This document shows positions 33,602-47,500 of a stretch of 64,000 nucleotides of DNA, one piece after another (position 1 is the first letter of the stretch; each line of letters opens with the position of its first letter). The DNA lies in the NCBI GenBank assembly GCA_030141605.1, contig JAQGDQ010000040.1, positions 496,001 to 560,000 of the forward strand, in the 5' to 3' direction. A program made the translations under genes and the position numbers. The notes below the pieces were generated by a model that was given only the letters and a program-made list of their open reading frames with translations, had not been told where the DNA came from and ran no database searches. Source of the stretch: Tubiluchus corallicola. Taxonomy: Eukaryota > Animalia > Priapulida.

Positions 33602-35027
33602 TAACTTCTATACAATCAATTAATAAAAAACAACAAATTAGATACTAACTGAATTTATTTTATTAAGTAATAAACTCGGAATTGGTGACGGTATGTTGTA
33701 TTGCACATGCACAAGAACCACACAATAAATCGCAATGTCAGGGCTAAACATGCCAACAGCATTGTATTCCAATTTACTAGAACAAAATACGTACTAAAAA
33801 TCCCTTTCATTGGTATATAAAGATTAAACATTTTGGTAATCTTTCGTTGAAGAGAATACAGCTCTACACACAACAAATTATATTTTGCCAATATAGTGAC
33901 TTTTGCATCAAACAAGAGCTTTCTGATGCACGTTAAAAATATACTTTCGAACATGAATTAACAAATTGCTACAAGTACATATGTTATATTGCTACAAGGT
34001 TCGAAGCCATTAATTTTTTTGCAAGACAATAGTGGTGTAAACACAATTGCAAAGTTAAGCAATGCCAAGGCTGATTTATAGAACATTGGATTTTCCAACA
34101 AGGGAAATGCTGGTGGGTGGTTTCATGCTACGCCTGCCCTAACCATTTTTTTTGAAATATACATACATGCACACTCATTCACACATACTTATTCATACAT
34201 TATTTTGGCTAAGACATCTGCTAGTTCATTGTCTCATCTCAGAAAATTATACTTTATAAAAATTGAATTCTGATCCTGCCACAACTGCCTACAGTAACAG
34301 TAAAGCTGGATGCCGAGTGGTCCTACACATATACTCTGAACAACTGAGCCGTCCTGGGCATGTTCTTTACAACAGAAGGTAGGCATTGCCAATTTTGGAC
34401 AGTTTCACTGTACTTTGTGTATTTTAGCCACATGATCAGTGGTCACTGTGTGTGACTGGCTGCAAAATGAAAGCTTACCAAATGTGATTAGCAGATGAAT
34501 GGCCGAGTTAAAAGCTTTCTTTCAGTCAAAATTTTACTCTTGCTAATGAGCCACAATCATCCACATCAATTAGGCCTGTAATTATATTATTACTGCAATA
34601 TATATACTTTTACCAAATCTAGAATTCTAACAGCTACTAGATGCAGACCTGTAAAATTTGAACACTAATAGCCTCTGAACTTTGCAATTTGCTAATTGTG
34701 TTGTAATTGTACAAATGTTCAATCAGTTGACTGCAAAGAAGCTAAGCTATACTATACTAACTGCACACTGCCTTAACATACAAATGGCGCGAGATACATT
34801 GCTATAAATACATGCCTTCCATCCATACCATGTCATAACTAAAACCTTGCAAACTGACCGAGAACGTAACTCAGCAAAAATTACACAATCGAAACGTATG
34901 TGCCAAACGAAAAAAAGTCTTTTTAACTTTTGCATACATATCCTATTTGAAAAGATAAATTGTAAAATGTAACCCAGTGTTAACAGCAAGAAGAGAGCAT
35001 AATTTTCATTATCCTACAAGTCAGCAT

Positions 35028-36176
35028 CTATATTTTCACACGAAATGTAACAGGACGAGTCCCGCTTGCCTTTTTGTACAGCGCCTTGTGAATAAGATCT
35101 ACATCGACAGGCAAAACCTCTTTAGTCTGAGCCGTTGCACCATCAGAATACTTTTTATTTTGTTTTAAAAGTTCCTGTCGCAAATCATCAGTTGTGGCAG
35201 GTGGTTTGCCTGTTGTCATTAATTTTACGTTCATAGGTTGTCCATCCAATTCTCTTGAATCGTACCTCTTACATGCTGAAATAGCATCTTCTCGTTTTAC
35301 ATAAATGACTTCTCCAAATCCTGGCTTCAATAACTTGGCTTTTTTCAGTGCACCAACTGCACCAAAAAGTTCAACTATATCATCCTCTGTCACCTCTGTA
35401 TGCAGGTTCGTGACATGAATTTTGTAACCTTGTAAAGGACTGATCACATCATCTTCTATGATAATGTCTTGACTATCATTTTTAGGCAAATCTGTGGCCA
35501 ATTTCTTCGATCTTGCGGGAACAGCAGGTACATCATTAATGATGTCTGAGTAACTACGTTTCAAACCAGACGTGTTCTTCAGTGTGATCATCAGACCTTG
35601 AGTACCATCAACTCCTCGTTTTGCTGCAACAGCTCCCATAGTTATTCGCGACGAAGCATCAGAGATATTAGAATTTTTTGATTGAGATCGGCGAGCTAAA
35701 TTAGATCCACCCAGTGGTGTTGGTGTGACAGATGTGGCATATAGTTCATTGTTCACAGTACGACTAAGTGGATCTTGCTGTTGTTGTTGTCGTGCTGTAT
35801 TTTGTCTTCTGTCATTTATCTTTTGCCTTGCATCAACATTGCCTTGCTGTTCTTTATTCTGTTGATTAGGCACTGTGTTCGATAAATTGCTCTTTAAATT
35901 CAGTTTCTGTCGAGCATCTTTTACTTGTAGTTTCAGTCTTGCATCCTTTGGTTTTAGCATTTGACGTGCATCGAACGTCTTCGACAACAGTTTTTCCCTA
36001 GCATCAAATGACACACTGGGTCTGGCTCCACTGCCACTTCTTCTGCTAAACCTGCTACTAACAGTACCACCCCTTCCTCCACGCATCCGCCCTCGATTTC
36101 CCCTCCCGCGCGTCCAATTTCCAGTTCTTTTCAATATAACATCGTCAAGCGAAATATCGGCAATTGGCGCGGCCAT
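35028..36176 (-). CDS. POLDIP3: Polymerase delta-interacting protein 3 (SKAR), RRM protein, uninterrupted CDS, 382 aa
   Basis: N-terminal ADISLDDVI (ALYREF-like UAP56-binding motif), five DAR.K/ML-type repeats, RRM SPLQGYKIHVTNLH.EVTEDDIVELF...LDGQPM and C-terminal FRVKI resemble POLDIP3. Confidence 0.9.
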   Translation of the reverse strand: MAAPIADISLDDVILKRTGNWTRGRGNRGRMRGGRGGTVSSRFSRRSGSGARPSVSFDAREKLLSKTFDARQMLKPKDARLKLQVKDARQKLNLKSNLSNTVPNQQNKEQQGNVDARQKINDRRQNTARQQQQQDPLSRTVNNELYATSVTPTPLGGSNLARRSQSKNSNISDASSRITMGAVAAKRGVDGTQGLMITLKNTSGLKRSYSDIINDVPAVPARSKKLATDLPKNDSQDIIIEDDVISPLQGYKIHVTNLHTEVTEDDIVELFGAVGALKKAKLLKPGFGEVIYVKREDAISACKRYDSRELDGQPMNVKLMTTGKPPATTDDLRQELLKQNKKYSDGATAQTKEVLPVDVDLIHKALYKKASGTRPVTFRVKI

Positions 36177-36600
36177 TTCTAAACAAATTAAAAACGTTGT
36201 ACTTTCCTGTGAAAATCCCCGATCTTCACATTTAATGTATAATCAAATTTGTAGGCAATTACTAATAAATAAAATATCCGTAAGCCCAAAAATTTCCTCA
36301 AAAAAATCTCAACATTTAGAAAGATAATCGATAAAAATCACAAGTACATTACTGTTCGAGCAATATTTAAACGAAATAATGAAACCGGAAACACGAGACC
36401 ATCCAGTTCCGTTTCACCTCTATTTACAATGTTTAAGCGTTTTTCAAAAATTATTATAACTTCAAATAAATTAGGTAGATTGAATTACAGCGCCACAGTT
36501 CCACACAAAATTTACTGTTTAGCAGTTAGGTAATGACATTTTTCGTAACACAATTATTTTTGTTGAAATAATATAATGGCTAATGAGAGGCAAATAAAGC

Positions 36601-36619
36601 TGTGTTGCTTAGCAACACA
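36601..36619. promoter_or_regulatory. RFX X-box in a perfect palindrome (TGTGTTGCT-T-AGCAACACA)
   Basis: Core GTTGCTTAGCAAC (36604-36616) fits the X-box consensus. It lies between the divergent POLDIP3 and C11orf65-like genes, with an ETS-like CCGGAA near 36385. Confidence 0.55.
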
Positions 36620-38553
36620 CGTGTTGGATTCACTAGTGTTAATTATACATATATATAATATATATATAATATATATACCTTAACTTAGTTGCGTTTCGGC
36701 TACCTTCTTCTCATATAATTGCATCCAGTTATTTTTCACATGTGGATATGTAGCCTTGATATACTATACACACTTCTATTTCAGCTGTTAATTTGTGGCA
36801 CTAGCACAGCACATAAAAACGTTAATAAAAGTTACTGATTTAACGTACTGTATACTGTACTGTACTGTACTGCATATTTATAAGACTTGAGAGCTGATAG
36901 TTTATGGACTGAGCCTTTAGAACAAAACAGTGACTTTCAGCAGACAAGTCTGTATTCAGTCAACATCAGTGTTTGCAAAAAGCTTTTGCGTGTAGCCATT
37001 TGATCAGTTTTCTGCTGTTTAAATTTATTTACGTAACCTTAAATTTAATGATGGCTTAATAATACTAGTTTACTACTTACTAGCTGATAGTGATATGCTT
37101 GAGTAGCATTTTTGAATTGAGTCACTATTACAGATGCGTCCATATGATTCCTTGTGGAAGCCCTTTTCAGGCATTTATGATTCTCTACCTAAAAAATCTC
37201 GGATCCAGATTTTAGCCCGTTTTTATATATGCAAATTATGATGCCTTATAGTTATAAGTTATATATTATATTATTATTAATATTTTAATCGTCATTAAAA
37301 TGGTTCACTTATTATAATAAAATCGAGTAAGCCTCTGCATAATGTTAAAATAACAATACTGTTAAAGACAAATGTGTTCTTGTTGACCTATATCTGTGTA
37401 ATTTAGAACTCAATAAAGTTTCCACCGTCAACTTTGTCAATGCCCTTTACCAAGTTGAAGGCTTGAATTCAATCAGCGTGAGTTCTTTTAATTTTTCAGC
37501 ATTTGTAATTTTAGTTGACATAAACATTTACAATATGGTAAGGCTTGCATTCGATGTCGAACCTTTAATTAATAAGATTGTTATTCTAAAACCTAAAATG
37601 TAAAAGTAATTAAATTATATAAGGAAGGCATAAGCTGTGAGGAAAAAAAGGCTGCCTTATGATAAATGAATGTATGCTGATCAATTGGTTGGTCCCTGTC
37701 ACACGGATAATCCGTTTGCCAGTTTTTCACCTACTGCAGGCTGCCTACTGTAAGCCATCAACCATAATCCACGCTGATCACAAGTTGTTTTGAGCAGTTC
37801 ATAAGGCACCTTTTTGCAAAATGAGTTTGATCATTAATTTCATTTTTCATTAAGCATTTTTGATCATTGCTAATGCAGTAATTAGCATATTTGTGATTTT
37901 TACAGTTTATAATTTATTTGTATCATAGCAAAAAATGTATTCAAAACAGATTGGTTGCATCAACGTTAAACAATTCCCAAGCCCCACATTTTACTAATCT
38001 TGCAATTAGATAAGTGCAGATTATTATAATTTATATAATGAAGCATTTTTAAAGAAATCTATTATTAGCAAAATTACTTAAATGTGGATATCAAGCAAAG
38101 ATAGGAAACCATTGATCTCTACACTACAAAAGACCAGACTTTAGCATGCGATTTTGCTTTTGTGCCTTGATCAAGTGGAAATCTGCTTATTAGAATGTTG
38201 TAGAACTCTTTAAGCATGAGGTTCACTCACTGAAATGCCCTAGCTCACAGCTGCAGTGTTATTTATGCCATACGTGTAAAAGTCATTAGGAAGAAAGTTA
38301 TAGGCCGTTATGAATGTGCTAATTGGATCATTTAAAGGTTGTTTCGGTGATTCATTACATTCTTCATCTTAGATTTTAATCTTTAATCGTGAAGTTACCA
38401 CAAAGCTCTAGCATGTAAGTCATAAGATGGTGACATGTTCGTCTGTATGAACATTAATTTATTTTCTAAATTGATTTGTTAAGACAAGAGAAGTACATAC
38501 AGGTAGAAATTATTGAGAAATGAAAATACTCTAGACATAGTGGAAAAACAGGC

Positions 38554-41500
38554 ATGAATGCATTGCAAGGACTCACTCCTAATCTGGCAAGGAAGATACT
38601 AACAAAAATAAATCTACCTGGTAAGTACATTCTTATCTGAAATTTCATAATCATGTGCACAAATTATTTTTTTGTATATAACTGTGTGTGAAACTGTTTA
38701 GTTCAGTTTAATTTCAAAATCACGGCCTAATGGGATGACTTTCTGTTGAAGTATGTTATTGTGACAATTTTGTTTAATTTTCTTTAATGTGGTTACAGTT
38801 ACTGGTTAGTTTATTCTTGTGAAGCACTGCATGCAAGCACCAAATATCTGGGGATTGGCAGTGCTATAAGCCCCTGTAAAGTCCAGGGCTGAACCTTGGC
38901 AGATAACACTTTCTTGCACGTGAGAGCCTAAAGTGACATCTATATTAACTATGATGCATCATCCTTTTAAAATAAAGAAAAACTGATGAAATTTGGTCTA
39001 AGAAACTTTTTTTATGTGAATTTCATTAAGTAGTATACTAGCTAGTAGTATACAATGAGGAAAAGTACATGAGCACCTTTGTAAACATTTTTAAATACTT
39101 AACTGCTTTTGTAATGCTGGCTCTAAATGCAGAGCTTGAGTAGGTCATAAACTTGTTATGATTTCCAATTTATTAGTATACAGACATTAAAACACATGTT
39201 TAATGAATTTTTAATAAGCCTAACATCCAAAAACATTTTTATAATGCATGACTTATATAGTATATGACGTGTTGATTTAGCTATCTCACACAATGAGCAC
39301 ATACAAAAATATTAAATACTGAATACTAAATGAACAAGTAAATCTATAAACAGGTTTTAAAAAGTAGAGAATACTCTAATATACTACTTAAATTAATAAC
39401 AAGAATTTTTTCCATTAACAATTACCTCTGTGTTATTAGTCTAAAATAACTCTAAAAAACATGTAATACGCTAATATAGTACTAGCTAATTATTTTTCAG
39501 CAACAGTCATAACTTTAGAAAAGTGTTAGTCTTTAAACTTTTGAAATTTAAATTAGGTTTTGAATTTTGATTGTCATAACATCCTCAGCAAAATTAGCTA
39601 AAGACCTAAATAGGTGTGCACTACACAGTGATATTTTTTAAATGATAATATAGCGATTGCATTGATGTACATATCGTGTTGATCGAAAGTAAATGATAAT
39701 AATAAATCTGCTAAAATTCATACATCATGTTAGTTGATAATAATAACAGCTACCTTAAGGTATTGGTAACTTGGTCTTTTAAGTTTGTTATTCCTTTCCG
39801 AAACTCTTTGAGCCTTGCAGCGTAAACAAAAATATTTATTACTGAATTCAAACTGGCCAACAATGGAATCCATTCAGAGTGTATATCTAACTTATCACAT
39901 AGCATGTTGTTTTGTCTCAAACATGCGCTATGGGCTAGTGAATACGGAATGATCGGCATCCAGCATATGATCAATGTTAAAAATGAGATACCCATTGTTT
40001 TTGTTAAATGTAGCTTTCTTTTAAATAGTTTCTTGTAGTTATCATTTACATTGCCTTGCTGAATATTAGCTATTGCTTTGGCATGATGCAATGCTGTTTT
40101 TCCTATGCTTATGTAAAAGTATGCACCTAGTGGCAATGCGAAAACTAAAATAATTACTCCAGATGTGATGCCAACTATTCTTTCATACCGTAATGGTACA
40201 AAAAAGTTGCAATGTTCCATATAGTATCCATCTGCAAAATCCAAACGATACAAACTGTACGAAATGACAAAGTGCAGAATTCCAAATGTGAATGTTGAGT
40301 AAATACTAATCCAAACTCTCTTCGTTGTCATGACTCTTGTATACGAAAGAGCATAGCGAATAGATATATACCTTTCTGCTGTTACTGCCAGATAAACTAG
40401 TACGGAAAGTCTGAAAGAGACACCACTAAGAATAGCACTTGCGTGACACATGTCCGGTGTACAGAATGATTCTGATATTAGGGTAAGCAATCGTAAAATA
40501 ATACCAAAACCAACTAAACAGTCAGCCATACTCAGACTTCCAATGTAGTAGTACGGTATTTTGTGGAGCTTTTTGTCACAAAATATAACAACAATAACAA
40601 ACGCATTAGACAGAATAATGATAGGTCCTAGCAATTCATAAATAACTACGATGATTTTTTCTTCTATCAATTCTGTGCGACACCAAATATTTATTGTCAA
40701 ATTATTCATCGTTGTAAAATGAACATATATGCCATTAGAGTATTTTAAATTTGTTTTATTTATACTGCAAAATGTCTAAATGCTTTTTTGCAAAATAGTG
40801 AGTCAACATGTGGTCCAACCAACTCATTTCTGTTTTAACCTGATTTGAAAGTGACATATGCCCTTTTGTATGCTCATTTACAAATTTAACGAATGCCATA
40901 AATTCCATTTCTGACATTTACATTTGTGTCATTTTAATTGATTGCAACCATACAACATGATAGTTTTGAACTCTGTTTTCTTGTTTTTAAATATAAGTTT
41001 GATAACAATGAAAGGATAATTGATGTGCCACACTAAATGCTGCACATACAAATTAATTGTAAATAATAATATTGTGTGTGCTATTTTAATGTAACTTTTT
41101 TGAAATCCATTTCTTCATTGTTGCTAGCAGTCTTAATGGGTTTGACATTCTGACTTAATGTGCGACATATTGCTTGGTTGGATAAAGCACTGTAACATTA
41201 TTTACTAATTATGTAGGTTACTGTTGCGGGTATAGTGTTACCGCTAAATGTTGTTGTTAATTTGTTTTGTTTGTATATTTTTTGTAATATAAGCTGGCTG
41301 TTTTCCCACTGGAATAAAACTTATTATCTAGCTATAAACACTGGTGATTCAGCTGCATATATATATATATATATATATATTATTTATTTATTTATATATA
41401 ACCAGCAATTACATGTATGTAATGATTTGTATTATTATATGTAATTGCTATAATGTTTTATGTAAAATTATATGTTATATGTAATGTTTATATATAAATG

Positions 41501-44500
41501 AATTATAAATAAATTACTAAATACTTATTAGCTAATAATAATTACAGTATTTCTTTTGTCTCTTTACAGTTGCTCCAGAAGCATATTTAAAAAAGTCAGT
41601 AAGAAGGGTAAGTCGTTTATCTGTATCACATTATACGGTTTCTTATTATATGACAATATGGTAGGCGTAATCTATATATAAAATACAGTTACTTAGGTGC
41701 CTTAATAAATCCAGAGCGTCGATGAATGCCAATGTTTCCTGACTCTCATGTTTGACATCGACATTTGACACAAGGTCATTCTTTTTGGCCAAATTCAATA
41801 TATAAATTGTCATAGGCAATAGAGGCAATGCAAAAAGAAGCACTAATATTCCCAGAGATGCCTCCTTGTCAAACATTTTTCACATCCAAATTTTATTTGG
41901 CAAATGTTGATATTTTTGGCCGCATTTGGTAACTTCTAGAATTCCCACATTTGACATTAAATGTTGGACAAAAAATAAGTGCTAAGTAATTATTTTTTCT
42001 TGCAGAAAGCTATAGTAAACAAAAATGCAAATGCAGGACATAGGCAGATTTGTGCTGCATTGGAAATTCAACGGATTTGGAGATCTTACAGAGTCAGGTA
42101 AATTGAACCAAAATCGCATATATAAAAATGATATAAAATGATTGCTTTCACCACAGGTTTCGATTTTGATTAATGTCTGTATATATTTGATATGTCGCTT
42201 ATTTGGAAAATTAGAAAATACAGACTTTGAGTTTAAAATCCCAGGTGAAATGTGAGATGCTGCATATCTTGGATGGATGGATGGATGTCGTCTTTATTTA
42301 CCATATATTTACATATCATGTATGATACAGGAATCACAGATAACATGGCAGTTGTTTTCTAACGAAAAGTACTGATAATGGTAATAGTGTTATAAATTAA
42401 AAAACTAGTTGTGACAAAAACTATCATTTAAGGAACAGATCACACTGACAAACACAAAACTGAATAAATAAAAGCAAACACATACATACTCAATAAAACA
42501 AACATCGGGCACTATTTTTTTCACTACTTATACTGAACTAACTAAACATCTGTAACAAAATTTAGGTTCAAAAGAAAAAAACTGTCATATACAATATACA
42601 GTAAAAAATATGTTTACATATAAAACGTATAATTGCACAAGTGCTAATGACCTACGGGTGTGGGTATATGTAATCCGGATCAGTTGGTATATAGTCTGGT
42701 CATGCTTGTAAGCTAGTTTATTATATTTACTCATAAAAATTTGGTTTCAGCCTTTTTTTATATTTTGAAAGTGTCTGAATCTGTTTGACTTCAATGGGTT
42801 TTTCACTCCATAGTTATTACTGTTAAACTTTTATGGCCACATACATTGTGCATTATTACTTGCAGAATGCTATGTGCTCTCTGGTTTTTTTAATTGTAGG
42901 CAAGAGAGGGAGATTCTGCGATTTAAAATGGATATTGAGTTTCAGTAGCACTTGGGCGCTAATAAACGTCCAACAGATAAACGATAATGATTTGAAATAC
43001 TGTACGACTATAATGTCTTCATTTAACTGAAATTTGCTCTACACTTTTACGTAATGAATCAAAAACCTTCCTGTACACTAGTTAAGTGCACTTTATTGAA
43101 TTGTTAATATAGATAATAACTATATCAACAATTTTGATGTCAACTAGGCAACACCGCCTTCGCCTTTCGTGTTCACCACAAAAATGAACAAAGACAGAGC
43201 GGAAATGATGTGCATGGTATTTAAATATCAGTGGCATAATGCGCCATCCCTAAAATGATTGACGAACGCTGCTAGCGAGTAATGTGATATGAGAAACCTC
43301 AGTCATAGATACGATACAGGATTTTAAACATTATTGTTATGCTATCGGCTTTGGTTACAGTTAGACTGAGGTTGTTGACATACTTGTAGAAAAAAATGAG
43401 AGTGGGTATTTTGCATAAGATTCAATTATAAGCATTTTTAATGATTTCCTTGTTGATTTACTGGACTGTTCATTTTTATAATGGCATTGGCATGTCCAGT
43501 GTCTTGAAATTAGACATTATAATGTTGTACAATATGGAGTTCAAATAAGTAAAATGTCATGAGCTGAGCTTTCATTGCTACTTTAGCAAATTTAGTTTGT
43601 ATTTGCTGTTTCTAGTTGATGAGGTCACGAAAGAAATAGCTCAGGCCTGCAATAACACATTTTACTTACATTAATGGACATTTTACCTACTTTATTTCAA
43701 ATTCCTAGAGCAGTTAAACATTTAGCAAATTTTAATTGAATTTATTAAGTAAGTGTTAACTGGTTAGGCATTTTGTACTGTCTATGACTTTTTCTTGATT
43801 TTGAATATTCTTCATATGGAAACTTTTTGTATTAAAATGTTCTTCTATTTGTCTGCTGTTCTTCTTTAAAAACAATATATTTTTAATTTCAGATGTAGAT
43901 TATTTTCGATGATATACACAAATGTGAGTCTTTCAAGTGAGTACTGTACAGAAAGTGATCAAGATGTGCGTGTGCGTGATATTAGTTCGTTGGTAAGTTA
44001 GAGTTTTAATTGCACTTTTATAAGTTTGTATTCTCTTTGCCTTTTGGCAGTTTTATCACTGATTTCGATGAAGTCTGTTTTGTTTTTAGTACTAGAAATG
44101 TTTTAGAAAGTTGTTAGAAATTATTTATTTCATTTCAAAGGAGTGCATTGCAGATAATTTTTATGCTTAACCCGCACAGCCTATTTTATTTTATGCATTT
44201 TGTCTTATTTTAAAACATGTATCTCCTGTGTGTCTAGAGTATATGCTAAGCAAATAAACAACATTTAGTACATGTATGTGCTGTGCAGTTTTATACTTCA
44301 AGCAGAAGAATAATTTTGCAAAATGCTGGCAAGTCAACATGAATTTATGCTTTGTAAAATCAAATCGCATTTCTTTCAAATTTGAGTTTGACTAGTATTT
44401 ACTTCTGCATTAAAATTGGGCATGTCTTGTTTATTTATTTCAGACAGATCTTCGATATGAAAGAATTAACCAGAGATACGAGGAATTTTGTCAAAGCAAC

Positions 44501-47500
44501 CCTGAAACAATTGTTTCGTAAGAATGTTTATTCATTGTTTCCTACATAATATTGTTCAACTTTGCGATCACATAGAAAGAAGCTACTATAACATAGCGCA
44601 TTGTTCTGTCAAGTATAGAGATTTATCAGAACAACACAGGCTTGCTGAGCAAATAGAAGCATTATAGACACAAAAAGTGAATGATTCTTTCATATACCGT
44701 CACTGTAATGATAATATTTTGTCTTCCTATAATATAAAATTTTTAATTATTTTGCTGGGAGATAGTAATATTTTCAGTGCAATTTGATGTACAGGCTCTT
44801 TCATTAATTAGAAGAGCGCATTTAGTAACTAATAACAGTGCTGCATTTTAACATGCTATTGTATTCCACATTGTTTGTGACTGACCTGACACCACGAGGT
44901 TTTATTTGCAATGTTGATGCAATTGAATTAATTTTCTGGTGCATTTTTAGATTTGAGAAGTTCTGTGTGAAAAAAATTGAACAGTGGTGGCTTGATAAAA
45001 TTTCCAAAAAGACCCAACAACCACTCTTTAAAGAACCTAAAGTTTTAGTTGCTGCACCTGATAAGAAAGCTGCAGAAATACCTGCAAAAGCTATAATGGA
45101 TTATCCTTCCAAAGTTCATCACACTTTGCCTGCAAGAAAGAAAGCAAAAATACCTGTTCTTGTACAAGAAGGTGCACCAGAAAGTGATTTACCGTCTAGA
45201 TCGAGTCGCCTTGTAACAAGTCCTCGCACACCACTTATTCCAAAAGCATATCATGAAGGTCATCCGCCAACTCCTGTTAGAAGTCCTGACAATTTATTGC
45301 AGTATTTTTCATTCAGTCGCCCTAGAAGTTCTACATCTACCTCAACTACCACTACATCTGCATATTCTCATGGTCCAGAAGTGTCTTCTAGAACTTCTGT
45401 ATCAGTTGACTCTCAAGAAGCCAGTCTCAGAACTCCATCAATGGGGAAAACATTGGAAAGTTCTAGAGAAAGTAAATATGTTGATGAATTTACTACTGTG
45501 GGTTCATCACTTGAGGCTTTTCGTGGTTTTTTTGTACAAACAGACGCCATCAGTTTTGATGATCTCTCAACAAAATACTCCAAAGTCTGCACTCAAAAGG
45601 ACAAATCAAGGAAAGAGCTTGCTGCAGAAATTATACAGAGGGGTTGGCGAGGTTATGTTGTACGTACTTTCTTGCAGTATAACACTTTTTATAAAATCAG
45701 TAAAGCAGACAGTTTCTTATATTAAGTATCATAGATCAATTTTACTAAATTGAAAATGATTCTTTTTACAAAGAAATCATCTCTCTCTCGCTCTGTCTTT
45801 CACTCTTTTCTTTCTCTTTGCACACAAGGCCCTAATTAGCCTATAGATGCAGCAAGTGCCTGTTCCCATTTTAAAAGTCAATGAAAGAGCAATTACTGTT
45901 TTTACAGCTGTAATTCATCGTGTATTGGGCAGCTGGGAAGAAATTTTTTAGCAAATTCGCTTATAGATATGGCAAGGTCCTGTTATTTATTACATTATGG
46001 AAATCAGTACACATGACAATTAGACTTTTGACAGTTGATTGGGATGCTACTGATACAGTAATAATATCGCATAAATTAGAATTTTTATTGATTGATTTAT
46101 ACTTTCATAGGACAGGCGGGTATTCTGTTATTTTAAACAACTTCTCAGCTTTAGTATGGCTGGTGACCCTGCACTCATGTTGGCTTTGATTAATCCAAAT
46201 GAAGCTAGCTTATTCGATGCTGCTGCTGGTATCCATGTCCGTTTTAGACTTGCTGGGGTATGTATTCAAATAACACAGTCCATGTAGAGTACTTGTTTGG
46301 CATCATCACTTTCCTGTTTGTGCCCTAATTTTACTAAGCCTTCTTTTAGCACTCGGGTGTTAAAATGAAATTATTAATTCAAAACACAAATTTTCATAAT
46401 GTTTCTGAGAGCGGCATTGTATCTACTCGTTCTAGAACCCGGCCATTATTTTTTCTACCAAATTAATCCCCGATCCTTTATTCACACAGGTACTATTACT
46501 TGTTAAACTGTACACTGGATATATCGGTTACAGTATAGTGCAAACCCATACAAGCCAGATATAGCTGGCACTACTGCAATCACTTTGTCACAGTTCTTTC
46601 ATATGGACAGCACTGACTGAAGTTAGCTAGCTGCCTGCTAGAGACAGCTTAGCCTACTGCAGCAACTTGTACGTTTCTCCTGCTGATCACTCACCCATCG
46701 TTTAGTGTGCATACCAATGGTCACAGGTGAAGCCAACATTATGTAGATGTTGAACAGCCAGGCAGGTTTTCAAACATGGCGCCTACTACCTTTTTATTCC
46801 GTTTACTCAGGCACTTATTCAGACTGGCCATTAATTTAAGCACAGATGCTTAATTCCTTCCTAATTACGAATATTTGTGTCGTTTAGACATCCCCATACA
46901 AAAATACTCATAACGGCCTAATTGCTTGAGATACTAACACAAAACTATATAAAACTATGTAGAGAATTAAATTTTCTTTCTAGCACTGTAAATAAAATGT
47001 TTAGGTTTTTTAATTTCGAGCAGCAATTAAGAGGGTGATACAAAAAAATCTATAAAATTTTAACAAAATTTTCATTTCAAAGCCTGTTTCCACATGACAG
47101 CTTGTGACAGCTTTTATTTAAATTTTTCAACATAAAATTGTAGAACATTCTTTTCTGCATAAAATTTTGCAAAAAGTATACAAATCACTCTAACTTTGTA
47201 AATTTGACAGCTGTTCAAATGCACAAAGGTGTTATGGAATTTGTACAGGCATGCAATGCTTGCTGCCGGTGTGTCTGCTCGCAGCTAATTATAACAATAG
47301 ATTGCCACACTGTTGAATTGACAGTCTGCACTCCCGTTCAGGTCACTAGCTACATAGTAGTGCATAAAAAGGTAATGCACATAAGTGTTGTGTTATGAAC
47401 TTGTTTACTGCAACGCAGCATACATACAGCATAATTGCCAACAAGTAAGACGTACAGAAACAACTGTACTGCACACGTGTAACTGATTACTGCTTGAATT

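Noticed and set aside
44838-45753. 295-aa and 166-aa ORFs as standalone genes
   Set aside because: The first is exon 44951-45659 of the MFI-like gene plus intron read-through; the second is an alternative frame of it.
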